NCBI GenBank assembly: GCA_965199495.1
Contig: CBDASK010000003.1
Span: 2,336,001-2,400,000, forward strand
Direction: 5' to 3'
From: Abditibacterium sp.
GTDB lineage: Bacteria > Armatimonadota > Abditibacteriia > Abditibacteriales > Abditibacteriaceae
DNA length: 64,000 nucleotides
Below the pieces are notes generated by a model, which ran no database searches, had not been told where the DNA came from, and saw only the letters and a list, made by a program, of their open reading frames with translations. Of the stretch, positions 59,262 to 64,000 are shown in pieces (the stretch's first letter is position 1; the number at the start of each line of letters is the position of its first letter). Both the position numbers and the translations under genes were made by a program.

Positions 59262-59843
59262 ATGAAATTTCAATTTCTGGCGCCAGCACTTGTTTTGAGT
59301 TGCGGCATTTTGAGTTATAGTTTGGCGCGCGCCGCCGACACAGCCACGGCGGCGCAACAAGCGCAATTAGAGCCGATTAAGACGGGCGAACCGCACGCGA
59401 CGAAGTTCGCGCCGTTGGCGTATTTCAGCGCAAACTGCGCGCGTTGCCACGGCGAAAACGGTTCATTTTATGGCGAAGATTTCGCCAAAGGTCTGGACGA
59501 TGCGGCGCTTCACAACGTCGTCAAAGAGATGGCCGAAGGCCCGGCGCAAGCCCCGCTTTCGCCCGCCGATTTGGACGCCGTGACCAGTTGGCACCGTTCG
59601 ATGCGCGATAAAAAGCCGTTCGTCGTCATCGTCAAATCCGAAAAAACCGACGCCGGTTGGCAACTGGAAGGCGAGATTTCGCCGGACGCGACGCTGCAAA
59701 TTAATGGCAAAGATGTCGAAGTCAAAGGCTCTAATTGGACGACTCGTCTCGCGCCCGACGCCGCGAAAACCGTGAAGTTGCGCGCGCAAAAGGGTGACGC
59801 GCTGACTGAATTAGACGCGAGCGTTGGCGCATTCGCGCCGTGA
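59262..59843 (+). CDS. Secreted monoheme cytochrome c with C-terminal beta domain
   Basis: Signal peptide, CARCH and a distal Met. Confidence 0.8.
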   Translation: MKFQFLAPALVLSCGILSYSLARAADTATAAQQAQLEPIKTGEPHATKFAPLAYFSANCARCHGENGSFYGEDFAKGLDDAALHNVVKEMAEGPAQAPLSPADLDAVTSWHRSMRDKKPFVVIVKSEKTDAGWQLEGEISPDATLQINGKDVEVKGSNWTTRLAPDAAKTVKLRAQKGDALTELDASVGAFAP

Positions 59844-59863
59844 GCGAAAGGCGTCGAAACGAT

Positions 59864-60625
59864 TCAGCGTTCCAACAATGCGCGCAGTTGCGCGGCGACG
59901 TGGCTGTCTTGCGCGGCGCAGAGCGGTTGGCCCGTGGCGTCGGTCACGAAGAATGTATCAGCGACGGCATTCTCGAAGGTGTTGATTTGCGCGTGCGCGA
60001 TGTTCAAATTCAGTTGCGCGAGCGCCTGAGAAACCGTGAATAAAACGCGGCTTTCGTTGGGCGCCGAAAGTTTTATCAGCGTGTAAAGTCCCGCCGTTGT
60101 CACCGAAATTTCATCCACTTGCAAGGTCGAAACCGGCGGTTTGGCGGGCGGATTTTGTTCTTTGATGACCGCGCGCAACGCCTTTTTGAGAGCCGCACAG
60201 TTTTTGTTCGCCAAGGGACGCGTGCGCCGAAAACTGTTCTCGCTGATGATGAACGTGTCCAGCACAATTGGCGTTGCGGGAAACTGCGGATCGGAAAGCG
60301 TGTGAATCCATGCGGTATGCACGTTGATACCCTGCGCGGCCAAAACGCCCGCGATGCGGGCGAGCAAACCGGGCCGACTGGGTTCGTAACCGCACAACGT
60401 CAGTTCGGTGAATTGCGCGCCGGGCGGACAGAGCAGCTCGATTTGCAATGGTTTCGCGGGCAGATCGCGCAGCAGTTGCAGATGGCGGCGCATGCGAGAA
60501 AGCGGCGTGTTGACGAAATAAAAGTCGGGCAACAGCCGCCGCAAAAAGGCGCTCACCTGCTCGTCCGGCGCATCGGCGTCGGGCATGGCCGCTTGTTGCA
60601 CCCTAATCGCATCAAAACTCGTCAT
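59864..60625 (-). CDS. Stand-alone tandem ACT protein resembling the GlnD C-terminus
   Basis: RPGLLARIAGVL...INVHTAWIHT...LDTF and LNIAHAQINTF...DTFFVTDATGQPL. Confidence 0.8.
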   Translation of the reverse strand: MTSFDAIRVQQAAMPDADAPDEQVSAFLRRLLPDFYFVNTPLSRMRRHLQLLRDLPAKPLQIELLCPPGAQFTELTLCGYEPSRPGLLARIAGVLAAQGINVHTAWIHTLSDPQFPATPIVLDTFIISENSFRRTRPLANKNCAALKKALRAVIKEQNPPAKPPVSTLQVDEISVTTAGLYTLIKLSAPNESRVLFTVSQALAQLNLNIAHAQINTFENAVADTFFVTDATGQPLCAAQDSHVAAQLRALLER

Positions 60626-60737
60626 AATAGAAGAAAACGCGCCAGACAAAAGTGTATTTTGTGGTTTTAGTTTAAAGATTCGCGCGTTTGCGGGTGTTAC
60701 GTTCAGGTTTCGCCCGCGCAATTTTTGCATAAAACTC

Positions 60738-61349
60738 ATGGGGATTTCCACTTTCGATATTTTGGGATGGTTGCCCGCTATTTTGCTCGGATTGGGTTTG
60801 GCGGCATCGAGCGGCTTGCGCGCGTTTTTGCCGTTGTTGCTGCTTTCGATGGCGGCGCACTGGAACATTTTTAACATCGAACTGACCGGCCCGTTCGCGT
60901 GGCTGGGTTCGCCGCTCGCGTTGGGCGCCCTCGCGATTGCGACGATTATCGAAGTCGCGGGCGATAAAATTCCGGTCGTTGACCACGCGCTCGATGCCAT
61001 TGGCACTTTTATTCGTCCGCTCGCGGGCACTTTGGCGGCGGCGGCGGTCATCAACAACCACGATCCAGCCACGGCGGCAATATTGGGCTTGGTTTTGGGC
61101 GCGCCGCTCGCGTTGGGCGTTCACGGCATCAAAGCGGGCACGCGCGGCGTTTCGACGGTTTCAACGATGGGCGTCGCCAACCCGGTCGTCTCGGTTTTCG
61201 AGGACATCGCGGCGTTTTCTATCGGATTTTTGTCGTTACTCGCGCCGCTTTTGGTGCCACTGATACTGGTCTGTGTGGGCATCATCGGCTGGAAAATGTT
61301 GATGTTGGTCAAGAGCATCAAGGCGCGCCGCGATCAAGGCATTTCATAA
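60738..61349 (+). CDS. DUF4126 family membrane protein
   Basis: GLAASSGLRAFLPL, EVAGDKIPVVDHALD and NPVVSVFED. Confidence 0.88.
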   Translation: MGISTFDILGWLPAILLGLGLAASSGLRAFLPLLLLSMAAHWNIFNIELTGPFAWLGSPLALGALAIATIIEVAGDKIPVVDHALDAIGTFIRPLAGTLAAAAVINNHDPATAAILGLVLGAPLALGVHGIKAGTRGVSTVSTMGVANPVVSVFEDIAAFSIGFLSLLAPLLVPLILVCVGIIGWKMLMLVKSIKARRDQGIS

Positions 61350-61397
61350 TTCGTTTGCTCGCACTCTAATTCGCGCGATTTTCAATTTTGCGCGCGT

Positions 61398-61922
61398 TCA
61401 TGTCCATTCGGCGGTCGTCGTCACAGTCGCTTGACGTGGAAAGATTTTCTCGCATAAAAACGCGTGCGTTTCGTCGTCCATATCGGCACAAACATCGGAT
61501 AAAACCGTGATTTCAAAGTCTTTGTCCGCCGCTTCGCGCACCGTGGATAAAACGACGCCGCTCGTGGCGATGCCCGCCAAAACCAGATGGCGGATGTTAC
61601 CCGCGCGCAGCACAATTTCCAAATCGCTGCCGCTAAACGCGCTGACGCGGCGCTTGGTTACCACAATATCATCACCAACGGGCGCGATTGTCGGCTGCGG
61701 ATTGGTCAATTGTGGCGCCCGTTGCTTTTGCGATTCGCTGGCTTCGGGCGCGCCTTCGCGGAAACCGACAACGACATAAATCACGCGCATTTGCTTTTGG
61801 CGCGCCACAGCCACAGCGGCTTTGACTTTTGCCAGATAGGCGTCTTTATCGAGCAACATTGCCAAGATGGCGTCTTGCACATCCATAATCAGGAGCGCGG
61901 AATTGGAAGTTTCGTTTGACAT
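61398..61922 (-). CDS. Isochorismatase family hydrolase
   Basis: ALLIMDVQ, KRRVSAF and GIATSGVVLST. Confidence 0.9.
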   Translation of the reverse strand: MSNETSNSALLIMDVQDAILAMLLDKDAYLAKVKAAVAVARQKQMRVIYVVVGFREGAPEASESQKQRAPQLTNPQPTIAPVGDDIVVTKRRVSAFSGSDLEIVLRAGNIRHLVLAGIATSGVVLSTVREAADKDFEITVLSDVCADMDDETHAFLCEKIFPRQATVTTTAEWT

Positions 61923-61985
61923 ATTCTCACTGGCGAGTGCGAAACTGACGCCAGAGATTTCGTCTCTTCACCCTAATTTTCACCG

Positions 61986-63218
61986 ATGCCAAACGAGACG
62001 CGAAACCCAATCAACACACTGATAAGTCAGACGTTTCTTTCATTGCGCAGCCGCAATTACAGGCTGTTTTTCATCGGCCAGACGATTTCCAATACCGGCA
62101 ATTGGCTCACGCGCGTCGCGCTAATCCTGTTAATTCTCAAACTCACCCGCAGCGGATTTTCGGTCGGTTTAATTACGGCCTGCGAGTTTGGGCCGGTGCT
62201 ATTTCTCTCGGCGTGGGCGGGCGCGCTGGCCGACCGTTATGACAAACGCCGTTGCCTTCTGTGGACGCAAAGTCTGGAAATGGCGCAGTCGTTTGGGCTG
62301 GCGGCGCTGGCGTTTCTGCCGCATCCGCCGCTCGCGGGATTATATGGATTGGCGCTGGTCGGCGGCATATTTCTGGCGTTCGACAATCCGTTTCGGCGCT
62401 CGCTCGTGCCCGAATTGGTGCCCGACGAAGACCTGCCCAACGCGGTCGTGCTTTACAGCACAATCGTCAACGTTTCGCGGATGTTTGGGCCAGCCTTAGC
62501 CGGTTTTTTAGTCGTAAAATGGGGTTACGGATGGGCTTTCACGCTCGATGCGATCTCTTATCTGGCGGTTTTGGTTTGCCTGCTTTTGATGCGTCCCGCC
62601 GAAATCCGGCGCCAGAAACCCAAGCCGAAACAGCGCGGCGAAATCCTCGAAGGCGTGCGCTACGTGGCGAACAGGCCGACGCTGTGGATTAGCTTCGCCA
62701 TGTTCGGCGCCGTCGGAATGTTGGCGACCAACTTCAGCACAACGTTACCGCTTTTTGTAACCGATTCGTTGCATCGCAGCGACCGCGAATTCACCCTTTT
62801 GTATTCGGTTTTCAGCGCGGGCGCCGTCGTGAGCGCATTAATTGTAGCGCACCGAGGCTTGGTGCGATTGCGAAACATCATCGCCGGCGCGGCACTTTTG
62901 GGTGTAGCGATGTTGATTTTGGCGCTGATGCCGAACGTCGCCACGGCGACCGTCGCGGTATTTTTGGTTGGCATGGCGAGCATTTTGTATTTGACTGCGA
63001 CGACTGCCTTGGTGCAGGTCGAGGCCGCGCGCGCGATGCGCGGGCGCGTGCTGTCATTTCAGGCGGTTTTGATGGGCGGCACGCGCTTATTGGGCGGCCC
63101 GCTTCTGGGCTGGCTCGCCGACAAAAGCGGCGGACGCGTGCCGCTTATCGTAGGCGCGCTCGCGTGTCTGGCGGCGGCGGCGCTGGGACATTTGGCGACG
63201 CGGCGCTACGAAATTTAG
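61986..63218 (+). CDS. MFS transporter
   Basis: About 12 TM segments, GALADRYDKRR and MRGRV. Confidence 0.92.
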   Translation: MPNETRNPINTLISQTFLSLRSRNYRLFFIGQTISNTGNWLTRVALILLILKLTRSGFSVGLITACEFGPVLFLSAWAGALADRYDKRRCLLWTQSLEMAQSFGLAALAFLPHPPLAGLYGLALVGGIFLAFDNPFRRSLVPELVPDEDLPNAVVLYSTIVNVSRMFGPALAGFLVVKWGYGWAFTLDAISYLAVLVCLLLMRPAEIRRQKPKPKQRGEILEGVRYVANRPTLWISFAMFGAVGMLATNFSTTLPLFVTDSLHRSDREFTLLYSVFSAGAVVSALIVAHRGLVRLRNIIAGAALLGVAMLILALMPNVATATVAVFLVGMASILYLTATTALVQVEAARAMRGRVLSFQAVLMGGTRLLGGPLLGWLADKSGGRVPLIVGALACLAAAALGHLATRRYEI

Positions 63219-63234
63219 GAATTGCATATCGGGA

Positions 63235-63573
63235 GCGGGGAGCGGGGCTTGCGCACAATGGCATTAAGTTAAGGAGATATTGAACATAAAATCGCTTTGT
63301 CATTCCGAGCGCCGGGGCGACGCCAGTCGCGCCGGAGCCGAGGAATCTTTTGACCCCGCGTCAGCGGAAATAACGGAGCCTTCAACGTGCGCTGCCGCGC
63401 GGGCGTAAGATTCCTCGACTTCGGCGCGACTGCGTCGCTCCTGCGCTCGGAATGACAAAGCAGGCGAAAGATTTCGCTTAACTTAATGCCATTGGGCTTG
63501 CGCACCCTTCCAATCGGCAGATTTTCCTCGAACTGTTGCAAGATTGGAAGGGTGCGCAAGCCCCGCTCCCCGC
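63235..63573. repeat. Host palindromic element (GCGGGGAGCGGGGCTTGCGCAC ... GTGCGCAAGCCCCGCTCCCCGC) interrupted by a MITE
   Basis: The left arm is split by the 63257-63493 insertion. The remainder CCTTCCAATC pairs with GATTGGAAGG. Confidence 0.8.
63257..63493. mobile_element. 237-bp MITE with IS4-like ends and target-site duplication, carrying an internal family B palindrome (63294-63461)
   Basis: Perfect 17-bp TIR AATGGCATTAAGTTAAG, flanked by direct repeat GGGCTTGCGCAC (63245-63256 and 63494-63505). Confidence 0.8.
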
Positions 63574-63662
63574 ACTTGCGCGCCTCTGTGCGACGATTCA
63601 GTTAGACCACTCAATCCGTAGCCCGGCGCGCAACCAAAACGTTTAAACTGGCGCTCGCAATC

Positions 63663-64000
63663 ATGAGTTCTTCCCCCAAGCCGCTGTGGAGCGGACGTTT
63701 CGAGAGCGCGCCCGACGCAGCGATGCTCCAATTTTCGACTTCGCTGCCCTTCGATTGTCGTTTGTGGCGCTACGATATTCGCGGCTCGCAAGCCCACGTT
63801 TCGATGTTGGGCGCGCAAAACATTATTCCCGCCGATGAAGCGCATCAAATTCGCGACGAACTGGGCCGACTCGCCGACGATTTGGAAAGCGGCGCGCTTG
63901 ATTTTGCTGATGCGCCCGACGAAGATATTCATTCGTGGGTCGAGCGCCATTTGACGCAGCGATTGGGGCCAATCGCGGGCAAACTGCACACGGCGCGCTC
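63663..64000 (+). CDS. argH: Argininosuccinate lyase (5' part, runs off window)
   Basis: Manual translation: MSSSPKPLWSGRF...SLPFDCRLWRYDIRGSQAHVSML...EDIHSWVERHL...GKLHTAR. Confidence 0.93.
   Translation, partial: MSSSPKPLWSGRFESAPDAAMLQFSTSLPFDCRLWRYDIRGSQAHVSMLGAQNIIPADEAHQIRDELGRLADDLESGALDFADAPDEDIHSWVERHLTQRLGPIAGKLHTAR

Noticed and set aside
1352..61073. Chi or KOPS interpretation of CAGCCACG
   Set aside because: Orientation is balanced (25 versus 23) and interleaved along the window, unlike replichore-polarised motifs. A genome-wide check is still needed.

Overview
Bacterial chromosomal core region, roughly 55-60% GC by eye, standard genetic code. Gene style is suggestive of Abditibacteriota/Armatimonadota, but this is an unverified inference. 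It carries housekeeping genes (mltG, ruvX, prfA, rpmE, purN, purH, mfd, rpsF-ssb-rpsR, tatD, xylB, trxB, start of argH) and several accessory blocks. These are an envelope-redox block (cytochrome b, MsrP-like molybdoenzyme, OmpR/histidine kinase pair, secreted unknown, Met-rich protein), a PaoABC-like aldehyde oxidoreductase, two TetR/oxidoreductase divergons, a BlaI/BlaR1-like pair and several signalling proteins. No rRNA, tRNA, CRISPR array or transposase was recognised. Three non-coding signals stand out. (1) The asymmetric word CAGCCACG(NC) occurs at least 48 times (25 forward, 23 reverse, about 1 per 1.3 kb), mostly inside genes, resembling a DNA-uptake-sequence or HIP-like signal. (2) A promoter architecture GTGA-N7-GTGA-N11-TANNNT precedes three transcription units around the two-component system, with a one-mismatch copy about 40 kb away, which predicts a regulon. 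(3) About 16 long palindromic intergenic elements of several families are present, including five fixed-length GTAG REP doublets with compensatory changes and a nested IS4-like MITE with a target-site duplication.
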